Shown here piece after piece: positions 1 through 12,566 of a stretch of 64,000 bases of DNA. Origin of the DNA: Vicugna vicugna (Eukaryota); contig MU058636.1 of the NCBI GenBank assembly GCA_013265495.1, positions 5,119,741 through 5,183,740 on the forward strand, written 5' to 3'. The notes under the pieces are model-generated. The model had not been told where the DNA came from. It was given only the letters and a program-made list of their open reading frames with translations, and searched no databases. Each line of letters opens with the position of its first letter. Within the stretch, counting starts at the first letter, position 1. A program made the position numbers and the translations under genes.

Positions 1-1309
1 ACAAGATCTCTCAGAATTTTTTTTTTCTTTTAAATTTCAACTGTTCATTTGGGATGAAATGCCATGTTAGGACTGATTCATTCCAGTGTATGAGTAGATA
101 TATCCCTTTAAATTGAGGGTGAGAGATAGATTGAATATTTTTCTAATGTAGATTTAAGTAAAATATTAATCATAATGAAATCAGTACTCACAAACTTTTT
201 CAGAACACATATCCACCTTTGTTATTGTCACCTTTCAATTTGTTGCAAACATTGAATTTATTATACAATTTACTTATAATTTAAAAGTTCTTTGCCACGT
301 GTGTGAATGTGTGTGCGCACTGAGGGAGGTGAAGATGTATTTAATAGTACCTTCAGGATCCAAAGCAGAGAGCATTTTCTGCTACTGGTCTTGATTTTCT
401 TTTATACTTCTAGACACATTCCCAGCAGGGTCTTAATATAGTTAAATTAGCTCATAATGTCTAAAGGGAGAAAATGGCCTCCTAGGTGGCACATTATGAT
501 GCCCTTCTGAGAAAAGTATTACAGCAAAAGTTGGACCTAATTGTAAAAACATTAAACTTATAAAAGCATGAAATTGCATCTTAGGGTGTACATAAATTAA
601 TATCGTCTTCATACTGGAGGTTTTTCCATGTGTATCGCTCAGATTCAACCACACACGGTTATGCTTTTGCACCACTGAGGACTGCTTTGCAAAGCTGTGT
701 TGTCTGCTGAAAACAAAGCAAGAAAAGGAAAGGAAAAGAAAAGAATCACCCAGAATAGTTTGAGCTGGTTGAGGAGTGAAAGATACTTCATTAAGATTGC
801 CTCTCTTGGATTCCACCTCCTATGTTTTCCTCTGTGGACTGATGACCTCCGAGAATCCACGGGGCTTACCTTTCCAGGCCTCCTGGTCCTGTGTGAAACC
901 CGCATTCTTACATCCAAAGGATCAGGACCAGGCCACATGGCCCAGTTGCTGCCACTTAAAGCCAGCTGCAGTGTAGATTTGTTTGCAGAGGACTATACAG
1001 TATTGCAAATGCCAAGCAGCATTGTTTTGTGGAGTCAGCCATCCCTGAACTCACTAGAAAGCACCACTGAGATCTGTGGATTCTGAGCATGTTGTGTTGA
1101 TAACACAGAAAGGCAGAGGGAAAAAGAACACGCTCCTGCTTATGTAGCAGTTTTTTATTCTTCTGGTTTTAAATAGGAGTAACCTTTTTTGGGCAGCAGT
1201 TTGAAAATGGCCCTTTCTAGAAAATGCTTCTCTAGCGTATGTGTAAATTGGTGGTAAAATATTCACTTTGGGATGAGCTGCAAGGAGCTCCACCTTCCGA
1301 AGCAGGCAG

Positions 1310-2110
1310 AAAGGGTGTGGGTTCTGAGATCAGAAGGAACAGATTCCTGATCTCAGCTTTGTGATCTTAAGCAGATTCTAGTTGATTCTCATTTTTCATG
1401 GTAGTTCTGCTCAATGAAGTTGCTGTGAATCCTAAACCACTGCTCCTAGGGGACACACCAGGTTAGCTTCCTGTGAGCCTCTGCTCACAACATCTTTGTC
1501 AGCTGATCGATAACGTACCTTTGTTTTATGTGTGTTCCTGTTTAAAGACAACATATTTAATATGTTTTGTTGCTTCATTAACATTGGACTCGCAGCCTAG
1601 AGGACTACAGCGCAAGCCTGAAGGAAGCTTATCTAACACACATTTCCTCTGTAAAGCACATTGCAGCCTTCTTGTATGTGGGAACACCAGACAGCACCTC
1701 AGCACTACATTTAGAGGCCATATATACAGGGAAATCACCAACAGAATGTAGAAAATGCAAAAAAGATGATACTAAATAGACAGTGAAAAGGACACTTAAC
1801 CTTATGAGAACTAAAACAAGAAGGCAGAGCATTGCCTTGTTGGACCTCAGCTGGATTGACTCAGATTTTTCGCTGCTCTGCACATGACCACAAATGACCG
1901 TTCCAAGTGCTGCAAGTTTTGATTTGGGGCTACAAATAAATTTTAGGGAGTAGACGAATTCTTTAATATGGAATCCATAAGGAATGAGGATCAATTGCAC
2001 TTAACCTCCGTGCACTTAAGTTTTTTCTAATTTCTATGAATTAGAGATCACACAGTTTATCCCAGGGGATTGCTGGGAAGATTGAGTGAGATGAAGAGGT
2101 TTTCGCAACA
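1310..2110 (+). mobile_element. MIR SINE split in two (~1310-1378 and ~1998-2110) by a MER82 insertion
   Basis: The left part ends in TTTGTGATCTTAAGCAGATT. The right part resumes with CTTAACCTC...GTTTTTTCTAATTTCTATGAATTAGAGAT...GGATTGCTGGGAAGATTGAGTGAGAT, the MIR core continuation. Confidence 0.65.
1379..1997. mobile_element. MER82-like Tigger/TcMar non-autonomous DNA transposon, near full length
   Basis: Terminal inverted repeats (T)AGTTGATTCTCATT...AATGAGGATCAATTG. Internal blocks (CTGCTCCTAGGGG, CCTGAAGGAAGCTTATCTAACACAC, AAACAAGAAGGCAGAGC, ACAAATAAATTTTAG) match the MER82 consensus as I recall it. Confidence 0.85.
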
Positions 2111-2479
2111 CTCCTATTGTCTCTTCCTCTGTGTTCTTTCCAGCCTTGACTTGGGACCCTTCCTGCTCCCACCTGCCTCTGTCCATCTCTCAAGTACCCT
2201 CAGACTCAAGGGTTCCCTCACCTGCATCCTTATCCATATCTACCTCCTCCTGTGAGGCTCAACTTTGCCAAGAAGATTCCCAGATGATCTTGCTCCCATG
2301 CAGTTTGTACCACACCTGTTAAGGGGGTAACTCTAAGATTGTTTGAATCTGGTTTTTGAGTCTTGTGTCTTCCTACCTTGTAAAGTTCGTGTGTAGGGAC
2401 CGCACCTTCCATCTTTACTATTCCTCGCAGAAGAGATACCACTCAGTGAGGCCAATGATCCTTCCTGCCTTGTTTTCTA

Positions 2480-2823
2480 CTATGTCTCTAATGCCTTGGA
2501 CAGTCCTCACATAGTCTGTGCTCAGTAAATATTTATTGAAAGAATATAAAATTCAGTTCAGCTATCATCTGTCTTCTTTTTGAAGTCTTGACTGATTCAC
2601 CTGTCCCCATCTACACATTTGCACAGTTAGTCATTTCCTAGCACATACAGGTGTCTTTCTTCAGACTTCTACTCATTTACTCTGTTATTCATCCATTCCC
2701 AGTTGTGTCTGTTTACATCTTCTCTCTTTTGTGGGTCCCTTGAGGACAGCTAGTTACTGTTATTCAGCTTTGTGTTCCCAGCACGTAGTGGGGATGCTAT
2801 AGATCTTTCTTGAATGAATGAAT
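2480..2823 (+). mobile_element. L2 LINE 3' end fragments
   Basis: Typical L2 tails GCTCAGTAAATATTTATTGAA (~2520) and CCCTTGAGGACAG...TTGAATGAATGAAT (~2740-2823). Confidence 0.65.
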
Positions 2824-2904
2824 AGGTGTTTTCTCTAGAGAGTAGAGGTGAGACGACAGTTGGTAAGTTACCCAATGAATAAATTGGGAGATGAAGAGAG
2901 AAAA

Positions 2905-3135
2905 ACATCTTTAAAATCTAGTATCATGCTCTGTGGCATTAAATGTGCTTTCTTATATAGTTACCCATTTGATCCTCACAAATTCCTATAAACTGGAGCT
3001 GGTTTTACTGTTCTCATTTAGAAACGAAGACGAAGAAGTCTTGTGGGTTTAAGTCTGAACTAACAGAGTTTGTAGGTAGTGAATCTAAGATAAAAAGCCA
3101 GGTCGTTTGATTCCAAGACCAGGGCTTTCTGTGTT
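2905..3135 (-). mobile_element. MIR SINE
   Basis: Antisense MIR core CATTTGATCCTCACAA...TTCTCATTTAGAAACGAAGAC...CCAGGTCGTTTGATTCCAAGACC. Confidence 0.7.
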
Positions 3136-4244
3136 AAACTGGGATGAATGAGTGTGTCTCAGATAAACACAGTGAGGCAGTGTTCTTTTGTGGATGATAA
3201 ATGTTTGAAGGTAAATCCACAGAGAAGAGCTGACATTGCATTAGGCCAATGCAGCATAATTAGAGTAAGGGTAAAATCTCAAAAGGGCTATGATGGATAG
3301 GATCCTTCTGGGTGTACAAAGCCTGGTGTGGTTTTTTAAAAAATCAGAGTCTCACTATCATTCTTGTGTAGAACAGGAGCTGAGAAACAAATGAAGGGGA
3401 ACATATGGGTGGATTGGGGGGAGTAGGGAAAAGATCAGAATGGCAGGCTGTGCTGGTCAAGTGAAGGCAGCTGTGACGTGGCAAACTGTGCGATCATGAT
3501 TGGCAGGGTGGTTGGTGGTGGGGTTGGCACCAGTGCCTTCTGCCAAGGTGGAGCCAAAAGTGAACGCCCCAAGTCAATACCAGATCTTGTCCAAGTCTAC
3601 TCCGTATCCTGACCATGGGAATCTTCTGACGTGAGTTCTCAAAGCGTGGCTTGTGTGTGGTCGGCTCCTTTATTCTCTCTGTACTTGACGCTTTCGCTTT
3701 GAACAGCTGTAATGTTGTCTAAATTGGATTCTGGGAGAATAATGCTGTGAAGTCGCCAACTTCATTCTTCACTTGTTCACTTTTTCAGTAGAGGGCTCCT
3801 GTTGTGTTCTCGGTGGGTCCCCATGGATGGTGGATGCAGGCCACTGAGTACCTGAGAATGAGTCTTTCTGGGGTGCCTGAGGGTATTCTGAACAGAGACA
3901 GGTCCTCGCCTCTTGTTCTCGAGTGACAGCCTCCTTACCTTGCACCCTTGGCTTCCAGACAGGTGGGGGACACTCAGTGTTTGTTGCATTTTCTGAGCAC
4001 TGGCTGCTGCCCTGGACAGACAAGACATTTTAGAAGTTGGTATTAGACCCTCCAGCTTCACCCATCCCTGCCCAGCTTTACTGTCCCTCCCTTATCATCC
4101 CATAGCCCCCTTGGCCTCTTCATCCCTGGCCACTGATGCTAAAATTTCACTCACTTCTTCAGCAGCCCTCAGAGGTACCACATTTCATGGTCTCAGAATC
4201 AGTCCTACCTCTTCCTCTTTCCCTTCCCTTTGCATCACCTATGA

Positions 4245-4997
4245 GAAATGATAAATGCTGGAGAGGGTGTGGAGAAAAAGGAACGCTCCTACACTGTTGA
4301 TGGGAATGTAGTTTGCTGCAGCCATTATGGAAAACAGTATGGAGTTTCCTTAAAAAACTGAAAATAGGCTTCCCATATGATCCAGCAATCCCCATCCTGG
4401 GCATATATCTGGAGGAAATCTAATTTGAAAAGATACATGCACCCCAATGTTCATAGCAGCACTATTTACAATAGCCAAGACATGGAAGCTACCTAAATGT
4501 CCACTGACAGATTACTAGGTAAAGAAGTTGTGGTTTACATATATTATACATACATACACACACACACACACAAACATACATATAATGGAATACTACTCAG
4601 CCATAAAAAAGAATGAAATAATGTCACTTGCAGCAACATAGATGGAATCTTAAAAAATGACACAAATGAACAGATTAAATTTACAGAACAGAAAGAGACT
4701 CACAGACATAGAAAACAAACTTATGGTTACCAGAGGGAAAAGGGCAGTGCGGAAGGATAAATTTGGAGTTCAGGATTTGAAGATACAAACTACTATACAT
4801 AAAATAGATAAACAACAAGGTACTACTGTATACCACAGAGAACTATATTCAATATCTTATAATAGCCTATAATAAAAAAGAATATGAAATGGAATATATA
4901 TATTCTATACATATATGAATCACTATGCTGTACACCAGAAATTAGTGAAACACTGTAAACTGACTATACTTCAATGAAAAAATTAAAAATTACAAAA
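4245..4997 (+). mobile_element. 5'-truncated, relatively young L1 (ORF2 C-terminus, 3'UTR and A-rich tail), artiodactyl/camelid type
   Basis: Translates as [29 protein letters not shown], the L1 ORF2 cysteine-rich domain with one premature stop. The 3'UTR ends in CTGACTATACTTCAAT followed by an A-rich tail. Confidence 0.93.
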
Positions 4998-5229
4998 TGC
5001 CCATGGGAATGCCACCACTGATATCCACTACCACACCTTAAACTTGAAGCTGTGGTTCTCAAACCTGTTTGGAGAATGATGATATTTTATTCATTTAATT
5101 TTTAAGATTTAAATACCAAATTTTGGGCTACAGTAAACACTATCTCATGCTAATCTCTAGTGTGTGGACTAGAGGTAGAAAGACATCAGCAATATAGGAA
5201 AAATGTATTTTGGGAAATTTTAAATTAAG

Positions 5230-5520
5230 ATTTTATCCATGAACATAGTTTTGTTGATGAGGGGGCAGATTATGAAATTCTGGTAGCACAGCCCATTGGT
5301 GAGCTGTTGGGGTAAGACAGTATGTTAAGGAGGACGTGAGCAGGGAGAGAGAACAACATGCATTGAACACCAGCTGCAGGTCAATGCTGGGGGCTTTATA
5401 GTTGCATTTAAATGTCATTGCTGGTGGGCCCAGAGGACTGGAGGGAGTTTAAAGTGGTCGCTGGGTCCCTAGGAAGCTCCATGACCACATTTTTACCCTG
5501 GAGGAAAGCTGTAAAGAGGT
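5230..5520 (-). mobile_element. L2 ORF2 fragment
   Basis: Purine-rich antisense L2-like sequence including GAGTTTAAAGTGGTC. Confidence 0.4.
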
Positions 5521-5529
5521 TGGGAAGGG

Positions 5530-5935
5530 TAATAATAGCTAACACTTATAAGAACGCCTACACTATACCCAGCACTCTTTTTTTAAAACCCATTTTATTG
5601 AGATATGATTGAGATACAAAAAGCTGGGCATAATTAATGTTGATGAGTTTGGTGATAAGTATATACCCGTGAAATCAGCACCATAATTAATGCCACAAAC
5701 ATAGCTATCACCTCCAAAAGTTTCCTTGTATCTGTTGTTTGTTTATTCATTCATTCCAGCGCTGTTTTAAGGGCTTTACATATATTACTCATGGAATCCT
5801 TACAACATCTTTATGAGGTAAATGTACTTGTACTATTTCCATTTTACAGATGGGAAAACTAAGGCACAGAGTTAGTTGCCCAAGGTTAGTTAGTAAGACG
5901 TGGGATCTGCAGTCTATGCTCTTAACTGCTGCCTT
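5530..5935 (-). mobile_element. MIR SINE interrupted by an L1 3' end
   Basis: TAATAATAGCTAACACTTAT on the left and the antisense core CCATTTTACAGATGGGAAAACTAAGGCACAGAG on the right. Confidence 0.85.
5578..5755 (-). mobile_element. L1M(A/B) 3' end inserted in MIR, with target-site duplication
   Basis: Poly-T followed by TTTATTGAGATATGATT. Flanked by CCAGCACTCTTTT (5569-5581) and CCAGCGCTGTTTT (5756-5768). Confidence 0.8.
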
Positions 5936-6016
5936 ACACAGTCTTGCTGAGAACCTGCCCGGCACATCCCCACTCCCCAACAGCATGTTCCCTCACTAAG
6001 TCCTGTATGTGAGAGA

Positions 6017-6043
6017 GTGTGTGTGTGTGTGTGTGTGTGTGTG
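6017..6043 (+). repeat. (GT)n microsatellite
   Basis: Perfect GT dinucleotide run. Confidence 0.98.
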
Positions 6044-6829
6044 AGTAAGAGAGAGCCCAGGGGTTGGTGTTAAGCTCCAGCAGCACTGAGACTTTGTTTT
6101 GCTCATTATTGTGTCCTTGGCCCCCAGCACAGTGCTCAGGAAATGTTTGTTGACTCAACAAAGGGCTAAACTTAGATTTTTCTGAGCGCAGGGCACATGT
6201 AGCTGCTTTGTTAATAGTTATTTTGTGGCCTTCATTATGACCCAGATTTCTCTTTTCATTTGGGTGAAAAATGATTTTGGCATTTAAACAGCATGACTTC
6301 ATTATTGATTTTTTTAATCTGCCCCAACATCAAATTCCCCTTTTGATATTTTGTCACTCCTGATATATTTAGAAACATCTGTCTTTGTAGTCTTTTTTCC
6401 CCTTCCTTTTGAATCTATGATGCATTTTAACCAGGAGTATTCTGTGTATGCAAAATAGTTATATTTTTATTTTAGTTTATCTCCTCCACTCCATAATAGA
6501 GGTTAAGAATATACTCTTTTGATAACAAAGAACTTTCTTACTATCGTTTTGACTGACTGAATAGGCAAAGAAAACACAATAATTGTGTGAAATGGTCTGA
6601 TTTAGAAACCAATTATAAGGAACATTATTATCTACTAATGAAATATGCATGTAAGTCCTTGGTTTGCTGCTTCTAATGTCACTGTAGACAAATGTGTAGC
6701 CAGCAGTAACTTACATAAAGTAAATTGAAAGCCAACCATTTCTAGATTGTGTCTGAAAATCGCATGACAGCCAACAACTCAGAATCAAAAATAATATCTA
6801 TTTTTCTCTTGGAAATGTCTCACCATCTC

Positions 6830-6831
<2 letters not shown>

Positions 6832-6866
<35 letters not shown>
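6832..6866 (+). repeat. (TG)n microsatellite
   Basis: Perfect TG dinucleotide run. Confidence 0.98.
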
Positions 6867-6867
<1 letters not shown>

Positions 6868-7514
6868 GGAGTGACAGTGGTGGCTTGGAAGGGATGTTTT
6901 CTGATCTGAAATAAAGGTTCACTTGCTCCCCCTTTCTGTCTACTGATGATTATCAAAGATTCAGTCTATAGGTTTCCCTGAGCTTCAAGGCTGAAGCTCT
7001 CAGGTTCTTTTTTTATCATACAGATTTAAATGGCAAAAAGCTCGCTTGGTTCCCTCAGGAAATGCATCATTAAGAAACATCTCATTGCTACATCAGTTCC
7101 CATAGGCTGTGAACTGTGGAACAAGGCACCTGAACACGCCGGCCCTCTTTCTCTCAGTGTATCAACAGGGCCAAGGCTGTCTGCTCCGGAGAAGACAGCA
7201 GGTGATGCTTCTGAGTTTCCCTCCTCTCCTTCCTCTCCTGCTGCAGGGGTGTCTGTGAGACGCTTACTATGGTCTGGGTATCGGAGAGGAGGCCAGTCAA
7301 GCTGCACAGCCCAGGCAGGGCAGCAGTGCCAGTCACCTTGGCTCTAAATGTCCAAGGGCAGGATGCTGGACTCTGAGGGCACCTGGCCTCCAAACGTTTG
7401 CCTTGCTCATGTCTGTAATATCAGAGCAAAGTCTCCTTTTCTTAAGGCCAATCAAGCTTGTGTTATCCTTTGTGCTTCCTTCTCCCTACTGTACTGCTTC
7501 AATCTCCTCGCTTA

Positions 7515-7685
7515 CTGTATTTTATCAGTTCTAAGACATGTTTTTGGGGGGTTGTATTTTAGCATCTTTGAAATCAGAATGCATCTGACAGTCAGTGATT
7601 TGTCCTAGTTTACTTGGCAGCATTGAGACACAAAGTAACTATGGGCTTCACAATCTGCGATGTCTTAGGTTTGATGAAATATCAG
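7515..7685. mobile_element. MER104-like Tc2/mariner MITE
   Basis: TA followed by the TIR CTGTATTTTATCAGTTCTAAGACA, with its complement TGTCTTAGGTTTGATGAAATATCAG at the other end. Internal CATCTTTGAAATCAGAATGCATCT matches MER104 as recalled. Confidence 0.8.
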
Positions 7686-9889
7686 TCACAGCAAGTCTGT
7701 GGACTTTGCAAGACTCTCCCCCTTTCTAGCTTTGTCCTCTGCCACCATCTCACACGAACTGTCCTGAAGGACATGCTGTGAATGACTTCTGACCCCATAA
7801 CACGTGCTGTACTTTCTTGCCAGGGCATCTTTGCCCCTGGTTGTCCTCTGCCTTTGATGCTTCTTCCATCTGTCTGTGGAAATCCGTCCCATCCTTAAAG
7901 GCCCATCTCAAAGACTCAGGCCAACCTGGAGACGCCCCTGATTATTCCCGTACAGAAATCACCCCTTCCTTCCCTGAAATCCATATAGAGATCTGTTCAC
8001 GCCTCACAGTACTTAGAGCACTTTTAAAAACTGATAACCAGATTATTCCTTTGTCTTAATTAATGCTTTTTCTTACTTCTCTTGGTATTTGCAAGCAAAG
8101 TTGCATTTAAATCCTCAAACAGTTGTTCTTTATGGGTAATTTGGTAAGGCATGTTTGGCAAGACTAATTCAGATCCATTATCTGGTATCAATTGTATGTG
8201 AAATCTTTCTATTTAAGGATCAACTAGAGGATATGAAAATATGAGTAATTAAGAATAATTTAAACATTATTTATTCTAAAAAGTCCACACATACATTTTG
8301 TCAAGTTTAAAAATTGAGGAAAAATAGACATGTTTAAGAATGATATTCTTCTGAATTTTTTACGCCCCTCCTCACCTGTAGGCATTTCACTTTTAGGACT
8401 GATGAGGAGGAATTAAGATAAGTAATCCAAATTTTGAGTTGGGAGGTTGCCTTAAATGTTGAGGTGAAAATACAGATTTAACTCTATTTAGCTGTGAAAC
8501 TTTTTGAGAAAGTTCTGAAATGAGAGAACTGGTAAAGAGTTTTTCCTGTCACAGCTCACAGAGTACCTGGACACTGCAGTTAAAGTGGGAAGAGGGGCCA
8601 GACACTGAGGGCCCTCTGCAGGCACTCAGCTCACAGACAGGGCTTCTGGGTCTGGGCAGAGGAGGAACACAGACGGCTGGTGGAAAATGGACGCTTGTCC
8701 CCTGGCTTTCCCTGGTAAGTGCAGAAATGAGTAGGACTACTGCTGTCCTAGACTAAAGGAGTGAGAGGCATCAGAGGTTTGAGTCTGAAGGAGCAGAAGG
8801 AGAAGGCCACGGTAAAAGTAGATAAATGTGATTCAGAGATGATTTTCAGAGAGTAAAGGATGAGCTCAGGTCCCCAAAGAAATCTGCACCCATGTACCTT
8901 TAATTGAAGAAGCCCTTTAGCTGTTACCCACCTCAGTGCGAGGGAGTCTGGGATGTTTCCATAGAGCAGGTTTTAGAAGGGAGGCTGTGGGACCGAAGCC
9001 CTGAGAGGGGAGGCGCGATGCTGGGGTTGGGGAGGGTAGCAGGGCAGGGGGCTCCTTCACGTCTTCCTGAAGCCGCCCTGGAGGAAGGAGCAGAGGTCGT
9101 CAAGGGCTGCCCTGGCAGGTGACTTGAGGACCGTGAGAAGCCTGGCTCTGTCTCCGGCCCCTGCTCGCAAGAGTGTGTGTGGTGCTGGGGGCCAAGGACA
9201 GCCTCCGCTGGCCTTTGACCTCTGTGCCCACTGCGCAGCCTTTGTAGCCACACAACTTGCCAGCACGGGCTTTGGCCTGGTCACTGCTGTAGCCATCTTT
9301 CCTCAGCCCCACAAAGTCTTATTTTCACCAGTGATACAGCGCAGAGAAAGAAAGGTGAGTGAGTCACCGGGGCGTCAGGGAGAAACTGGCTTTCTGTCAT
9401 TTCTCCTGGAGACACCGCAAGTTAATATTGCACCGCAGAGAGGGAGCCTTTGTTATCTGGCAAATAGGTATTCCAGTGTGTTCTCACCGCCTGTCACTCA
9501 AGATTCATCTCTGCGGGAAACTTTCAACCAAGCAGAAGGGTTGTTTTCTTACTCCCTTAGGTTTTAGCAATAGTGAATCATTGCATTGATCTGTCTTCTT
9601 ATGGTTGGTTTTGTGTCTTTTAAGTGAGAACAGGATCTATGGCCTTAACTGCAAATCTTAAGCACCTTGCCTTGTTTTTCCGAGCCAGAATAGAAATGGT
9701 AACATATATATATGTACTGCTCACAAAAGGCCTGTCGTTTGCCACAAGACAACAAGGAAAGATTTACTGGCAATGTAATTTCCTAGTTCAATGCCAAAGC
9801 AATTACACATCTGTGGAGCATCTGTAATGGACCAAGCTCTGTGCACAGGGGATGCAAAGTCATATAAGGAGCCACCCTTACCCTTGAGT

Positions 9890-10365
9890 TTCATTCATTC
9901 ATTCATTCATTCATTCATTCAACAAATCCCTTTTCTAGGCACTGGCAATACCATAATAAGTAAACTAGAAAAAGTTCCCACACTCAGGGAGTTCATTTCA
10001 CAGTGAGGGCAGGAAACAAATAATATGATAGCAGGTGGTGATATGTCTTAGGAAGAAAGATAAAACAGGTAACCACAGAATCTGCATGTGTTCTTTTAGA
10101 TGAGTGGTGAAGAAGAGCTCTCTGAAGAGATAGCATGTGGGAAGAATTCTGAATACATCAGGGAGTGAGCTTCAGTTACCTGGAGGAGGAACATGCCAGA
10201 CAGAGGGAGGAGCAAGTGCACAGGCCCCAAGGTGGAAGCAGCAATAGAAGATGGTGTGGCCGTGCTTAGCGAGCAAGGCAGGGCCTGCAGGAGGTGAAGG
10301 TCAAAGAACCAGGCCAGATGATGCAGGCTGGGAGTCCACTTACGAACTTGGATTTTATGCTGTTT
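9890..10365 (-). mobile_element. L2a LINE 3' region with (TTCA)n tail
   Basis: (CATT)n-CAACAAAT tail, then CAGACAGAGGGAGGAGCAAGTGCACAGGCCC...GGCCAGATGATGCAGG...ACTTGGATTTTAT. Confidence 0.88.
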
Positions 10366-10417
10366 CATTTTAAAGTTTGCAGTTGGATTTTTTTAGTATG
10401 TGGGATTTAAAAAAAGA

Positions 10418-11248
10418 AAACCTTTTACTGGAGCATCATGAGAACACAGAGATAAACAAAAATCTGAAGATACCTGTGTAATCAGCACTCAGACTGAGAA
10501 ATACAGTTTTCCAGCACCCAACCCAAGAGCCCTCACCCAGTCACTCTCCCTTCTCCACAGAGAACCACTGTCTGACTTTAGAACCATACAGTGATTTTGA
10601 ACTTCCTATAAATAAAAGCATACAGTTTGTAGTCTTTTATGTCTGATTTAATTCATCCAACATTACACTTATGAGATTCTTCCATGTTGCTGTGTTTTAT
10701 AATTGCATGCTCTTTCTCATTGCTGTATACTATTCCATTGTATGAATATTCCACAGTTTATTTATCTATCCATGTGAATTGTTTCCAGCTTTTGGCTCTT
10801 AGAAATACAGCTGCTACAGGTATTTATGTATGTGTCTTTTGGTGTATATGTATTTGTTTCTGTCTGGTATAAATCTAGGAGTCGAATTGCTCACTCACAA
10901 TTTTCCAAATTGTTTAAACCACATTTTCCTCCCAGCAGCACTTTTTGAGAGTTCCAGTTACTTCATATTCTTGCCAGCAATTGAGATGGCTTGTCTTTTT
11001 TGTTTTAGCCATACTAGTGTGTCTGTAATAGTATGCCATTGTCATTTTAATTTGCATTTTACTGATAACTCGTGAAATTAAGCAACTTTTCATATGTTTG
11101 TGAACCATTAGGATGTCTTCTTTTGTGAAGATATCAAATCTTTGCTCATTTATTTTCTGTTAGTTGACTGTCTTTAAAAAATAGTTTGTAGGGATTCTTT
11201 ATATATTCTGGACACAAATTCTGAATTAGCTCTTTACATTGCAGATAT
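10418..11248 (-). mobile_element. Old L1 (L1ME/L1MD-type) 3' region
   Basis: Antisense L1 hallmarks GAGATTCTTCCATGTTG, TATTCCATTGTATGAATA, TTTTAATTTGCATTT and TCTTTATATATTCTGGA. Confidence 0.88.
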
Positions 11249-11305
11249 GACAGTCCCCCACAACAAAGAAGAATCCCAATGGTGCCAAGATGAGAGTCTC
11301 TGTTT
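11249..11305 (+). mobile_element. MER20 (hAT-Charlie) terminal fragment
   Basis: GACAGTCCCCCACAACAAAGAA...TGGTGCCAAGATGAGA resembles the MER20 end. Confidence 0.6.
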
Positions 11306-11319
11306 TAGGAAAATACAAT

Positions 11320-11581
11320 TTGGGGGACCCTGTTTAAGAAAAAAATATAAAATCACAAGGAATTGGAATGCATAATATTTATCTAGCATAGGAAAAGAAA
11401 TCACAATGAATTACTGATATTTTAGAGGTTCGAGGTATTTTTCTTCAGACCTTTTTAGGCGCATTTCCAGAAGTGCTTCCTGCTTGTAATGTGACTCTCA
11501 CTCCCTACCTAGACCATCCCAGGGACTCTGAGGCTGGTGCAGGTAAGGAGCGTCACTGGCTTCATGATAAATCTGCCTCTG
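11320..11581. mobile_element. MER96B-like hAT fragment
   Basis: GGGGGACCCTGTTTAAGAAAAAAAATATAAAAT at the start and GGCTTCATGATAAATCTGCCTCTG at the terminus. Confidence 0.55.
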
Positions 11582-12411
11582 ACTGTATCACTTACCACAT
11601 TTGCATTGTAATTGTCTGTAGCATGAAGGGAAAGATGAAAAACCTAACTTGGTTTCCTTCCTCCTAGGCAGTGTGAGTGTGGAGTGTGCACATATAAGTT
11701 TATATATCAGTGTTTGAGAGCGTGCATATATGTCACGAGTCAAAGTGTGGCTAAGATAAACCCTACTGCATCTTTCTGCACAGAGGCACTCTCAGGGGAA
11801 GGGAGCTGCCTGAGAAGTTGATCCTGTTCAGAGACTAATTTGTGCTGTCCAAACATGGAGTCCTCCACTGGATGGCTCTTGGTTAGCAGTCAACTGACTG
11901 AATGAACTTCCAGATTTATAATGGAAGGTCTGGAGAGAGACACAAGCATGGAAAGATCTCTTCACGATAAAGTGGAAACAATCAAGTTTTTGTGCCAAAA
12001 AGAGAGAGGAAACCAGGTGGAGGTCCTCTGGGGAGTGACACAGGCAGGGTAGTGTCCAGAGTGGGTCACAGGATGCAGACAATTGGTCCATCTCATACAA
12101 GTGGAGCATGGCCAGGTGGAGCGATGAAGGGAGAGAATTCAGCAGGTGCTGAAACTCAGAGCCAAAGATGAGTAGTAGAAGCTTTGAGGATGGAAGGGGA
12201 CCCAGCTCGGAAAGGCCATTTTAAATATTACAAAATAAATATGCCTTCCCAATACTGCTGGACACGTAGGCAGTCTGGCTTTATTCACGTCTCTTTCTCT
12301 GCACGTGGCATGTGAGCTCCTTGGCTCATCTGAGGATGTGGACACCCGGCACAGTATGGGGCTTGGTGGTTGTATTGGTCAGTGAGTGAGGTTAATAATC
12401 AATGAGGATGG

Positions 12412-12566
12412 GACGGAGAGGGTACAGCTCAAGTGGCAGAGTGCATGCTTAGCCTGCACGAGGTCCTGGGTTCAATCCCCAGGACCTCCTCCAAATATAA
12501 ATAAATAAACCCAATTACCTCCCCATAAATAAAAGAGAAAAAAATCATTAAAAATAATTATAAAAA
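12412..12566 (+). mobile_element. tRNA-derived SINE of camelid (Vic-1-like) type
   Basis: Pol III A-box region CAGCTCAAGTGGCAGAG, tRNA-Ala-like body GCATGCTTAGCCTGCACGAGGTCC, B-box GGGTTCAATCCC (12468-12479), AAATAAATAAACC-AATTACCTCCCC and an A-rich tail. Degenerate TSD AATAATCAATGAGGATGG / AATAATAAATAGAGATGG. Confidence 0.88.

Noticed and set aside
12420..12492. tRNA-Ala gene
   Set aside because: The acceptor stem is not intact and it continues into a SINE body and A-rich tail with a TSD, so it is a SINE.
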